DNA from: Catajapyx aquilonaris | Lineage: Eukaryota | Reading direction: 5' to 3' | NCBI GenBank assembly: GCA_000934665.2 | Contig: KZ538994.1 | Span: forward strand, 1 to 37,231 | DNA length: 37,231 nucleotides | Shown here: one piece after another, positions 10,933-20,474 of the stretch | Position numbering within the stretch: position 1 is the stretch's first letter | How the letters are laid out: each line of letters begins with the position of its first letter | Made by a program: the position numbers and the translations under genes | Notes under the pieces: generated by a model | What the model was told of the DNA's origin: nothing | What the model saw: the letters and a program-made list of their open reading frames with translations, nothing else | The model's database searches: none

Positions 10933-11994
10933 CTACTTTAACTCCGGAAGATGGGCGAATCGAAACTCAGCTAGGCTGATTTGAAGCTGTCTAATAATGG
11001 CCAGTATCGCCTTCTCCTGCTTTTGCCGTGCTAGGTTCCCTTGGCGGTCCCCTTGGATCCAAATGCTTGTAGTCAAATTCAACTCCACCTCTTTCCTCTT
11101 CTTCTCAAGATGAGCCATTTCCATTTCTAAGAAGTTCTCATTGGCTCTGGTACCCCTGATGTAGAATTTGAGTTCACCAATTGTCTGACTTATCATCGTC
11201 CAAGTTTTCTTTGGAACACAGCGTTCCGAGGATGTGAGGTGCCGCAACTCTTCCTTGATATGCTCCAGGTCTATTTCAACCATTCGGATCTGTTGTTCTT
11301 TATCCGCGAGGACATGTCGGATTCTGGAGATGTAGTCTGCTACTTTTGACTTCTCACTTGTTAAAGTTTTATTTATGGTGAGAAGAGTTGGACTGTTATG
11401 TCTCCAAATTAGTAACCTTTTTTCTTCCCAAATCTGGTCAACCTTATCGGACATCCATTTCATTCCTTCCAAGTCATGTTGCAGTTTTTTCCTCAGGTTG
11501 GTATTGTCTCTCTGGAGGGAGTAAGCCAATTCCAGGTGCATCTGAGCCACCCTGTACTTCTCGAGTCTCCGCCAGTTCTGCTCATGACGTTTCTCCTTTA
11601 GGTCTCCATCCGTGTAAGTATGGGCAGAAGAAAACAGGTGGGCATATTTTTCCTCCCTCGGAGCATGTTCCTGAGAGTCATCATTGGACCCACTGTCTCC
11701 CATACTTGAAGACACAGATGGGCTGGGTGGAGGGGTCCGATGCTGACGGACCACTATGTGGGGGTACAGTCTGTCACGATAACATGATATGGCACGCCTA
11801 AGCTCATGGAACCGTTGACTGGACCGGGAGTCGTTCAATGGTCTGCTAGGGAGGCTGGTCCGGACAGATCGCTTGACCAGTCCGTTATCCTCTCGCCACT
11901 TCTGCAACTCCTCGACTCGTGATGTAGACCTAGGCTTACTCCCTCCTAGCAGCCCCTTCCCCTCTATCACAGTATCCAAGCAGCCCCTGAGCAT
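10933..11994 (-). CDS. 353-aa coiled-coil protein, possibly a divergent tektin-like protein (N-terminal half only)
   Basis: Uninterrupted 1062-nt ORF in repeat-rich DNA, with a low-complexity S/P/R N-terminus followed by heptad-rich helices. An acceptor-like ...TTCTAG sits immediately before the ATG, and minus-strand AATAAA lies at 10707-10712. The tektin similarity is by eye only. Confidence 0.72.
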   Translation of the reverse strand: MLRGCLDTVIEGKGLLGGSKPRSTSRVEELQKWREDNGLVKRSVRTSLPSRPLNDSRSSQRFHELRRAISCYRDRLYPHIVVRQHRTPPPSPSVSSSMGDSGSNDDSQEHAPREEKYAHLFSSAHTYTDGDLKEKRHEQNWRRLEKYRVAQMHLELAYSLQRDNTNLRKKLQHDLEGMKWMSDKVDQIWEEKRLLIWRHNSPTLLTINKTLTSEKSKVADYISRIRHVLADKEQQIRMVEIDLEHIKEELRHLTSSERCVPKKTWTMISQTIGELKFYIRGTRANENFLEMEMAHLEKKRKEVELNLTTSIWIQGDRQGNLARQKQEKAILAIIRQLQISLAEFRFAHLPELK

Positions 11995-12909
11995 CTAGAA
12001 TAATAATATATTCATATAGTGAAGTTAGTTAACATGGGCGTCCTATTGACTACGAGAAATTCAGAGAGGTATAAGCTAACGTTATATTCGCTGTTCGAAC
12101 TCGCTGACGTCAGTTTATCACATTTTTGTGTAGATCAACTACTGACATCATGGGTTGAAATCGTGCATATAAAATGTAGACAACCTAGGTATCAATAATT
12201 CCTCCCTCTATAATTACTTCAGGCGACCTTTATCATTAAAACCTTAATGCTATGAAAACACTATAGACTATGGGTATGAGCAGGAACTCGTCGGTACTTT
12301 GGTACTTTAGTAATAAATTGCTCGCTCGGGAGTAAAATTTGCATATTGGTCATTCCATGTCAATTCACCGAGCCCCCGGACCCTCGGGTTGTCAGATCAT
12401 GACGAAATCCGGCTCGTCGGTTTGGTTACATCGGCAGAAGAATACCATTTGTGGTTTTGCGAAGGTCCCCCCCTACCCAGAGATACACCCACCGAAAAAA
12501 ACTGCATTTTCAGGCCTTTTTCAGCCTTTTCGGAAATTATGGGTCTCAGAAATGGGATATATCTCGTGAACCAGTTGAACTACAAACGTCTTAGACCACT
12601 CTATTTGAAGGTATTCTTCAGCCCAATCTACGTGAATCGTAAAGATACGGAACTTGACTTTTTTTGAAAATCTTGTCTCGATTTGAGAATTATGGTAATT
12701 TTTTTGAAAATTTACCTACAAATTTAAAAGTCCGATTTTTAAATATGTTACACCTCAGCCCTTTTCCTTGACATTGAAACAAATATTCAGGAGGCAATTT
12801 TCCATTTAAGGAAGAAAAATACATCTGAAGGAACCCCTGCGCATCGCGAGCGTGTGCAATGTACCCAAATTGGCGCGAATCTGTCCCTGGAGGCTCCATG
12901 AATGGTGTT

Positions 12910-13423
12910 CTCCAAATAGACAGTGTGTCATGGGACGACTCTGAAAGTTCCTAAGGGGAAATACATCACGATATTTACTTATATGTATACATGGTAAAAA
13001 TATTCTCCTATTACCATTTGGCAAAATTGCAAAGCGTATCAAGTTGCCACTTAAATATTTAAAAAGGTCCAGTCCTTCATCTGTGGTGATGGGGGAGAGA
13101 CCAAAAGTAGATGCCCTCGAGAGAGAGAGAGGGGGGGGGGGGGGACATTTGTTGTGTTTGTGCGTACAGTATGTGTGTGTGCGGGGGGTAATCTAATAAT
13201 AGTCCTCTCTTTCTCTGTTTCATATAACAACTTTTGAAGCTGTGGTGTGCGATCAACCTGAACCTTTTGTTTTATATTTAAGTGGCAACTTGACATGCTT
13301 TGCAATTTTGCCAAAATGGTAAAAGGAGAATATTTTTACCATGAATACCTATAAGTAAATATCGTGATGTATTTCCCCTTAGGAACTCTCAGAGTCGTCC
13401 CATGACAGACACTCTATTTGGAG
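12910..13423. repeat. Inverted repeat pair of about 150 bp inside element C
   Basis: 12910-13058 (CTCCAAATAGA...GCCACTTAAATAT) is the reverse complement of about 13274-13423. The spacer holds GA and G runs. Confidence 0.8.
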
Positions 13424-13463
13424 TTGCAACTGCCCCTAAGACGTCTGTAGATCAATTGGTTCA

Positions 13464-13776
13464 CCCCGCGCGAGCTTGACCCGTGACTCTGAAACACCTG
13501 CATATGTCGCAAACTTCGATTATTGTACACTTTGCTTCTTGTTTAATCCATAGGGTCACACAATGTGCTGAGAAACCTTTGCAAAATTTGTCAATAACCC
13601 TCAAGGTAATGAAAACCTTACACGAATGTACTCACTTCAATTAGTTTTGGTATTCCTGCGGTAATAAAAGAATATCTTCTGGAGTAAAGATCCCTGCTAT
13701 TTTATGACTCTACTTTTGTCTCAGAGTTGTTTACACTGTTGTATTCATGACAACACAACAATGTAACAGGTTCATA
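13464..13776 (+). repeat. Duplicate (about 313 bp) of 19230-19543: end of foldback E plus its flank
   Basis: CCCGCGCGAGCTTGACCCGTGACTCTG...AACAGGTTCATA is present at both loci with few differences. Confidence 0.9.
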
Positions 13777-13779
13777 TTA

Positions 13780-14872
13780 TCTAATATACAGGGTGCTCAA
13801 AAACTCGCGGAAAGTCGCCAGGTAGCCTGATAGGACTCGCAAAACTAATATAGGAATTTGGAAGTAGTTTTGGGCTAACTTGCATAGTTTTTGCGTACGA
13901 CGCCTTCAAGATTTCGGCAGTTTCATGACGTCACATCCGCCTTGAGGCCCCCATTGCGTCATCATACGTGTTGTTGTGGCTGTTGCCATTGGCACTGATT
14001 ATTGTTGCGAATATTGTCAACTGTGATTGTTGCGAAATAAACAACGATTTTAGCTTGTATCTGTGGCCAGTCGACAATTGCTAGACTGAAATCAATGTTT
14101 ATTTCTCAACAATCACAGTTACAATATTCGCAACAATAAATCAGTGCCAATGGCAACAGCCACAACAAGATGTATGATGACGCAATGGGGGCCTCAAGGC
14201 GGATGTGACGTCATGAAACTGCCGAAATCTTGAAGGCGTCGTACGCAAAAACTACGCAAGTTAGCCCAAAACTACTTCCACATCCCTATATTAGTTTTGC
14301 GAGTCCTATCAGGCTACCTGGCGACTTTCCGCGAGTTTTTGAGCACCCTGTATATAAAGCCCCTATCCGACGAGGAGGAGGATATAGGATGAAAAAGATT
14401 TCGCACTTCCCGGCGTCGCAGAGACCTCGGACTTGCACCGTTGCATTTATAGCTTCCGGTATACCGCGCGATGCCAAAAATTCTCATAATCGCAAAATTC
14501 CCTGTCGTTTTGGAGATCGCGAAATTAATGTATCCGCAAACTCCCCCGGATCCCTGAGAACAATGGACCACCCACTCCTCTCCACCCGCTTGTCACTCAA
14601 ACCAGGGCCCTGCTCAAACCCACAGCTCAAACCAGCCGTGGGAATGCTACGTCACAGATGGTCCCACCTGTCATCCCAAGCGCTGTTTTGAACGATACGT
14701 CAGAGAGGGCACGTTCGGAAACTCCTCATCGCTACCGGTGACGTCACTGATTTCTGTAACCGGATGGATTAGGCGGAATACGCGCACCGCGCCGAAGGCG
14801 CGCAGGTGGGGCGCAGCCCCACGGGGGGGTCCGGGGGGGTGGGGCGGAGCCCCACCGGCTCGCAAAGCGAGT
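13780..14872 (+). mobile_element. Non-autonomous Helitron-like element Y (copy 1), interrupted by foldback D
   Basis: Reconstructed 5' end A|TCTAATATATATAAAGCCCC; GC-rich 3' hairpins (GCGCCGAAGGCGC; CTCGCAAAGCGAG). No TIR or TSD, and no canonical CTAG seen. Confidence 0.6.
13789..14350. mobile_element. Tc1/mariner-type foldback MITE D, 562 bp
   Basis: TA|CAGGGTGCTCAAAAACTCGCGG...CCGCGAGTTTTTGAGCACCCTG|TA, with nearly identical arms of about 260 bp. Confidence 0.93.
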
Positions 14873-14913
14873 CCCATTTCTAAGACCATTATTTTCCGAA
14901 AAGGCTGAAAAAG

Positions 14914-15443
14914 AAAAATGTCTCGGGACAGCCCCAACCGAGGACCTGCGCACCATCGTGCCTGCGCAGCATAAAAATCCCCATCGGAAGAAGCAATCCC
15001 AGCGATGGCTGCTGCAGTGTATTGGTAGCGCCCTGGCTTATAGATCAGTAGGCTGCAGGTTCGAGTCCCCGTTAGGCTTCTTTTTTCCCCCCCTCTTTTT
15101 TCGTCGTCTTTTCTTACGTGAAGATAGGGCTCTATCCGCAACGAGTGAAGGTTAGGTTAGGTTAGGTTGGGTACACCTACCCCCTGCCCACATCACATCA
15201 AGCAGTGAATATTAATATTCGCATTCGTGAAGATAGGGCTGTATCCGCTGAAGATAGGGCTGTATCCGCAACGTGTGAAGGTTAGGTTGGGTTAGGTTGG
15301 GTTAGTACATCGTACCCCTACCCCCTGCCCACATCAAGCAGTGAAAATTATTATTCCAGCACCCGGCCTTCCGGCCTTCCCGCACGATGGCGCGCAGGCG
15401 AGGGGGTGCGGGTCCTCGGTTGGGGCTCCCCGGAGGCGTTTGT
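14914..15443. mobile_element. Mutator-like MITE with (GGTTA)n repeats
   Basis: 9-bp duplication CTGAAAAAG (14905-14913, 15444-15452), single in the paired left arm of C. Imperfect TIRs contain AGCCCCAACCGAGGACC and CCTGCGCACCATCGTGC. There is an internal tandem duplication of about 110 bp. Confidence 0.72.
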
Positions 15444-15492
15444 CTGAAAAAGGCCTGAAAATGTCGTTTTTGCCGGTGGGCGTATCTCCGGA

Positions 15493-15757
15493 CATGGGCG
15501 CAGCCGCCCCCCCCCCCCCTAAATCTAAGGGAAGTGCAGAAAAACGGGGGGGGGGGGAACGCGCAAAAACCCTGTTGAACAGTGCAAAATTGCACTGTTC
15601 TATGGGTTCTTTTTCGTTTTGCGCAATTTGAGGTCGCGAGGAAGGGTTGTGACCTTGAACCGAAAAAAATTCCGCCTGCGGCGGGCCCTGCGCCCCCTCC
15701 CCCAGACACAATTTGCTTCCTGCCCCCCCCCTAACCTAAATTCTGGCTACGCCCATG
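15493..15757. mobile_element. hAT-type MITE, 265 bp
   Basis: CATGGGCGCAGCC...GGCTACGCCCATG with 8-bp TSD TCTCCGGA (15485-15492, 15758-15765). Confidence 0.9.
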
Positions 15758-15894
15758 TCTCCGGATAGGGGGGGGGGGGGGGTCCATAGCAAAACCGCTG
15801 AAACGGTATTCTTCTGAGACGTAACTAAACCGACGAGCCTAATTTTGTCATGATCTGACAACCCAAGGGTCAATTCTCCTTAAACGCTCGGGGA

Positions 15895-15968
15895 ATTGAC
15901 ATGGAATGACCCAGATGTTATCTGTCTGTTGGTACAGACAGATAACATCTGGGTCATTCCATGTCAAT
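15895..15968. repeat. Perfect hairpin, 35-bp arms and 4-nt loop, spanning the right end of element C
   Basis: ATTGACATGGAATGACCCAGATGTTATCTGTCTGT, then TGGT, then the exact reverse complement. Confidence 0.9.
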
Positions 15969-16669
15969 ATAATATATTGTTAAGACTTGTGATGAATATG
16001 CCCAGTGTCGTGGCAACAAGACAATGAAGTCTTCAAGGCTCATCTCATATACAGGGTGATCCAACTTTATGGCACCAGTAGTTATTGGAAAAATCGCGCA
16101 AGCTGCTTGTTTATAAGCAGGTCGTTGCTAAGAGATGCTTTCTGGCTCTTTCTGGAGAATCGGGAATAGCACCTGCTGATATTAGGTCCAATGCCCATGT
16201 AACAATATTAATGAGGGAAAAAAGGGTCATCCGTGGGAAACAGGCCTGTTCTGGTGTTCGCTGGAGGGTTTCACATGAGGTCACTAGCTGCCAAACCAGA
16301 GGCCTAATCCGTCGGAACTGGACAGACCCGGGTGTGTCAATAAGTAGGCCTTCTGGTCTGTTCATTGTTGGCCGCAGTTGGCGCAACTGAGGCAGCGTTG
16401 TTTAGTTACCAGTATAAATAAATAGTTCTTGTAGAGTCAGGACCAGGACATGCCTTACTCAGGGGGCCTGTTCGAGGGCCGACCAAGGGCTTCCAGGGTT
16501 CTAACAGTACAGTCTGCATTGGGCATTCTCTCATTAATTGGTACATGTATGGGCATTGGACCTAATATCAGCAGGTGCTAAGACTGGTAACTAAACAACG
16601 CTGCCTGTTGACCTGTCCCAGTTGCGCCAACTGCGGCCAACAATGAACAGACCAGAAGGCCTATTTATT

Positions 16670-17137
16670 TGGCGTATTCGGCAATTCAGATTATTCTGAG
16701 ATGCGTCACGTGATATCTGAGTTGTTAGCCCTGCCCCTCAGAAGATTATTGCCGAACGGCCGAACTGAGAGACCCCCCTACTCGCCTGTGCTGCATCCCA
16801 GTGATATGCCAATGTTCGGGTATTTCGGTGCCGTATTTGGTATTTCGGACGCTGGCGGGTAATGGTGCGGGTAAAATGAAAATGCGGGTAAAATCGGGTA
16901 TTTTCAGGTCCTCTCGCGGGTTTTTTGGTCATTTTGCATTGGCAACACTGCTGCATCCATAACAATAATTTGTTTGTTAATTGTTTCTCAGCAAGTAAGT
17001 CAGGTCAGGAGCATAAGTTCCTGAGCTTGGGAAGTCAGGTAGGGCGCATGCGCACTTACTTCAGGGGGCGTGGCACCTGATTTGCCGAACATCCAAACAG
17101 CCCAGGAAGTCAGATTCCTGAATTGCCGAATACGCCT
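16670..17137. mobile_element. Harbinger-like MITE G nested in F
   Basis: TIR GGCGTATTCGGCAATTCAG/CTGAATTGCCGAATACGCC with an apparent ATT duplication. The empty site is visible in the left arm of F (about 16332-16350). Confidence 0.75.
16799..16950. mobile_element. hAT/P-type MITE H nested in G, 152 bp
   Basis: CAGTGATATGCCAATG...CATTGGCAACACTG with 8-bp TSD CTGCATCC (16791-16798, 16951-16958). Confidence 0.85.
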
Positions 17138-17797
17138 ATTGACACACCCGGGTAGTTCCGACGGATTAGGCCTGTGGTTTGGCAGCTAGTGACCTCATGT
17201 GAAACCCTCCAGCGAACACCAGGACAGGCCTGTTTCCCACGGATGACCCTTTTTCCCCTCATTAATATTGTTACATGGGCATTAGACCTAATATCAGCAG
17301 GTGCTATTCCGGATTCTCCAGAAAGAGCCAGAAAGCATCTCTTAGCAACGACCTGCTTATAAACAAGCAGCTTGCGCGATTTTTCCAATAACTACTGGTG
17401 CCATAAAGTTGGATCACCCTGTATATAAAGCCCCAATCCGAGGAGGAGGATATAGGATGAAAAAGATTTCGCACTTCCCGGCGTCGCAGAGACGTCGGAC
17501 TTGCGCCGTTGGAATTCTAGCCTCCGGTATACCGATTCCAAAAATCCTCATAATCGCAAAATTCCCAGTCGTTTTAGAGATCGCCAAATTAAATGTAGAC
17601 GCAAACCCGAGATCGCGAAATTAATGTATCCGCAAACTCCCCGAGAACAATGGACCACCCACTCCTCTCCACCCGCTTGTCACTCAAACCAGGGCCCTGC
17701 TCAAACCCACAGCTCAAACCAGCCGTGGGAATGCTACATCACAGAAGGTCCCACCTGTCGTCCCAAGCGCTGTTTTGAACGATACGTCAGAGAGGTG

Positions 17798-17876
17798 AAC
17801 TCCTCATAGCTACTCATAAACTCCTCATAGCTACTCATAAACTCCTCATAGCTACTCATAAACTCCTCATAGCTAC
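17798..17876. repeat. 21-bp minisatellite, about 3.8 copies
   Basis: AACTCCTCATAGCTACTCATA repeated. The paralogous position near 14720 has a single partial unit. Confidence 0.95.
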
Positions 17877-18012
17877 CGGTGACGTCACTGATTTCTGTAA
17901 CCGGATGGATTAGGCGGAATACGGGCACCGCGCCCAAGGCGCGCANNNNNNNNNNNNNNGGGGGGGGGTTCGGGGGGGGGCGGAGCCCCACCGGCTCGCA
18001 AAGCGAGTCAAG

Positions 18013-18550
18013 TATATATAAAGCCCCTAAACGAGGAGGATATAGGATATAGGAGGAGGAGGATGGAAAAGATTTCGCACTCCCCAAGGTCGTAGAGCTG
18101 TGGTCGAAATTCCGTTGGATTTCATGCAGTCGATATACATTGTCCAAAAATCCTCAAAATCCCAAAATTCCCAGCCGTTTTCGAGATGGCCAAAAGTCGA
18201 CTTTTGCACCGGCCACACGGACCATCTGGTTGTCGTTAATCCGGGAGAGAACAATGGCCCATTCACCCTCATCTCCGGAGACCTCTCAGCTCACATATGA
18301 TTACACCCACTCCTCCTGGCCCCCACCCCACTTTTCCTTTTTTCACCATCCGTCAGCTAAGGGCGCATTCTCATACCGTCATACCTTTGTGGACCGTGAC
18401 GTCACAGGTTCTGTAAACGGATGGATTTCTGTAACCGGATGGATTAGGCGGAACACGGGCACCGCGCTGAAGGCGCGCACGTGGGGCGCAGTCCCACGTG
18501 GGGGTCCGGGGGGGCGGAGCCCCACCGGCTCGCAAAGCGAGTTCACTCTA
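18013..18550 (+). mobile_element. Helitron-like element Y subfamily (copy 3), head-to-tail with copy 2
   Basis: Same TATATATAAAGCCCC start and same 3' 130 bp ending CTCGCAAAGCGAG, with a divergent middle. Confidence 0.6.
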
Positions 18551-18687
18551 TAAATGTGCATAAATTTCAATAAAATTAATTTTAATTATGTTATTACAAA
18601 ATTTTAAATTTGTTATAAAGGCACTAATTTAAGCTATAAATGTGAGGTGTATTTATTTGACATTAATTGACCCATATTTCGGCTCTA

Positions 18688-19267
18688 CAGGGCGGTGTAT
18701 CAGAGTCACGGGTCAAGCGCGCGCGAGGGGGTGGGGAAAAATCGTAGGTGGCGACAACCCCGGTCGGTTTGATAAAACAATTAGAAATACGGCAGTAATC
18801 AATTTATTTATTACGGCCGTACGGCGTGACGTCACATCCTTTCTGTTCGAATTGACTGGCGCGGACTGGCTAGTGCAGCATTTGTTGAACCTGGTTGAAT
18901 GGCTTTTTAGCCTAGCGGGTTGCACTGAAAAAGGATCTCCTGCTATACCGGCAGGGTACTGTACACACTACTGTACAGTAGTACACTATACTTTGTACAG
19001 TACCCTCCCGGTATAGCATGAGAGCGCCTTTTTCAGTGCAACCCGCTAGGCTAAAAAGACGTTCAACCATGTTCAACCCACTACTGCACCTGCCAGTCCG
19101 CGCCAGTCAATTCGAACAGAAAGGATGTGACGTCACCGGCCGTAATAAATAAACTGATTACTGCCGTATTTCTAATTGTTTTATCAAATCGACCGGGGNN
19201 NNNNNNNNNNNNNNNCCCCCCCCCCCCTCCCCCGCGCGAGCTTGACCCGTGACTCTGAAACACCCTG
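18688..19267. mobile_element. Tc1/mariner-type foldback MITE E, about 580 bp
   Basis: TA|CAGGG..GTGTATCAGAGTCACGGGTCAAGC...GCTTGACCCGTGACTCTGAAACACCCTG|TA, with arms pairing to a centre near 18980. Contains an N run at 19199-19215. Confidence 0.9.
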
Positions 19268-19710
19268 TATAGGTCGCAAACTTCGATTATTGTACACTTT
19301 GCTTCTTGTTTAATCCATAGGGTCACACAATGTGCTGAGAAACCTTTGCAACCTTTGTCAATAACCCTCAAGGTAATGAAAACCTTACACGAATGTACTC
19401 ACTTCAATTAGTTTTGGTATTCCTTTGGTAATAAAAGAGTCTCTTCTGGAGTAAAGATCCCTGCTATTTTATGACTCTACTTTTGTCTCAGAGTTGTTTA
19501 CACTGTTGTATTCATGACAACACAACAATGTAACAGGTTCATAAAAACTATAAATGTGTATCAGCTGCAATGAAATTAATTACAATTAAATAATTATAAA
19601 CAATTGTGTTTGTTTAACTGCACTGCATTGTGTTTAACATACTGAAGTCGGCATACTCTGATTTCAGACAGCTTTTTATTTCGTGATGCTGATTTTCCAC
19701 TAGATGCTGA

Positions 19711-20474
19711 CAACCAAAGTAATTCTTCTTAGGGCCGTTTTCTCGAACAGTGGTTCAAATGTAAACCCGGTTCAAAGCCTGTTTAAACCCTTGACAGCAG
19801 CCTAACAACAATCAAATCAGGGATTAAACTGGCTTTGAACCCAGTTTACATTTGAACCACTGTTCGAGAAAACGGCCCTTACCCTCCTGAATTTTTGAAT
19901 TTTTTGGATATTCTAATAATTCTGCTTGGCCTATAGTGTAGAGAAAACATCACCTCCGCAGCTAATTTCCACGTTAGCAGGGTGAAAATACAGCCAATAG
20001 GCGATGTTCCGAAGCCACAACACTCGCATCCGATCACGAGTTACCTGTCCCGACTGCCCGGTCGCGGTCGCCTTTCACCGCGTCTGTAGCGCTCTCCGGT
20101 GCCGCGAAGGAGAAGCGTCATCTCGCACGCTTTGAAGTCGAAGGCTATTATAATAATGGAGGCCAGGACTGCTCCAAGGCTCTCCATTATTATAATCGCC
20201 TTCGACTTCAAAGCGTGCGAGATGACCGAGGCACCCGAGAGCGCTACAGACGCGGTGAAAGGCGACCGCGACCGGGCAGCCGGGACCGGCGACTCGCGAC
20301 CGGATGCAGGTGTTGTGGCTACGGAACATCGCCTGTTGGCTGTATTTTCACCCTGCTAACGTGGAAATTAGCAGCGGAGGTGATGTTTTCTCAACATTAT
20401 AGGCCAAGCAGAATTATAAAATCCAAAAAATTTCAAAATTAAGGCGGGTAAGAAGAGTTACGGTACTTTGGTTG
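19711..20474. mobile_element. Foldback element family A, copy 2 (complete)
   Basis: CAACCAAAGTA...TACTTTGGTTG termini, arms of about 300 bp, 3-bp TSD TGA (19708-19710, 20475-20477). Confidence 0.9.
19732..19878. mobile_element. PIF/Harbinger (Tourist-like) MITE nested in the TIR of family A copy 2
   Basis: GGGCCGTTTTCTCGAACAGTGG...CCACTGTTCGAGAAAACGGCCC with TTA TSD. The empty site CTTCTTACCCTCC is present in copy 1 near 5248-5260. Confidence 0.92.

Larger units (their letters stand above)
12347..15912. mobile_element. Long-TIR non-autonomous DNA transposon C (possibly Sola1-like) with nested insertions
   Basis: (T/G)GGTCATTCCATGTCAATT termini. The left arm (about 250 bp) matches right-arm pieces at 13436-13463, 14873-14913, 15444-15492 and 15766-15912. 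Flanks are ATAT and AGAT (one mismatch from a 4-bp AWWT TSD). Confidence 0.75.
16052..17421. mobile_element. Tc1/mariner-type long-TIR element F
   Basis: TA|CAGGGTGATCCAACTTTATGGCACC...GGTGCCATAAAGTTGGATCACCCTG|TA. Arms of about 360 bp once the insertion in the right arm is removed. Confidence 0.92.
16043..18012 (+). mobile_element. Helitron-like element Y (copy 2), interrupted by element F
   Basis: Reconstructed 5' end A|TCTCATATATATAAAGCCCC. 17422-18008 is homologous to 14351-14872 and ends in the same hairpin, then CAAG. Confidence 0.6.

Noticed and set aside
11388..11801. 137-aa plus-strand ORF
   Set aside because: Antisense shadow of the 353-aa ORF.
15005..15075. Functional tRNA gene
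   Set aside because: A B box is present but the acceptor and anticodon stems do not pair. The same applies to the tRNA-like heads at 7095-7155 and 10065-10135, which are SINE-derived.
15150..15305. Telomere or telomere fusion site
   Set aside because: Only a few imperfect TTAGG units, inside a TSD-bounded MITE.
16085..17388. Duplicated 92-101-aa ORFs (MEKSRKLLV...) as a gene pair
   Set aside because: They lie within the two TIRs of element F, start at TTG and have no recognisable domain.
17798..17876. CRISPR-like array
   Set aside because: Head-to-tail 21-bp units without unique spacers, in a eukaryotic context with no cas genes.
13789..20474. Foldbacks as sequencing or amplification chimeras
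   Set aside because: Arms carry mismatches and indels, have proper TSDs, and family A occurs twice with the same asymmetries. The N runs at 17946-17959 and 19199-19215 affect only G/C homopolymer tracts.
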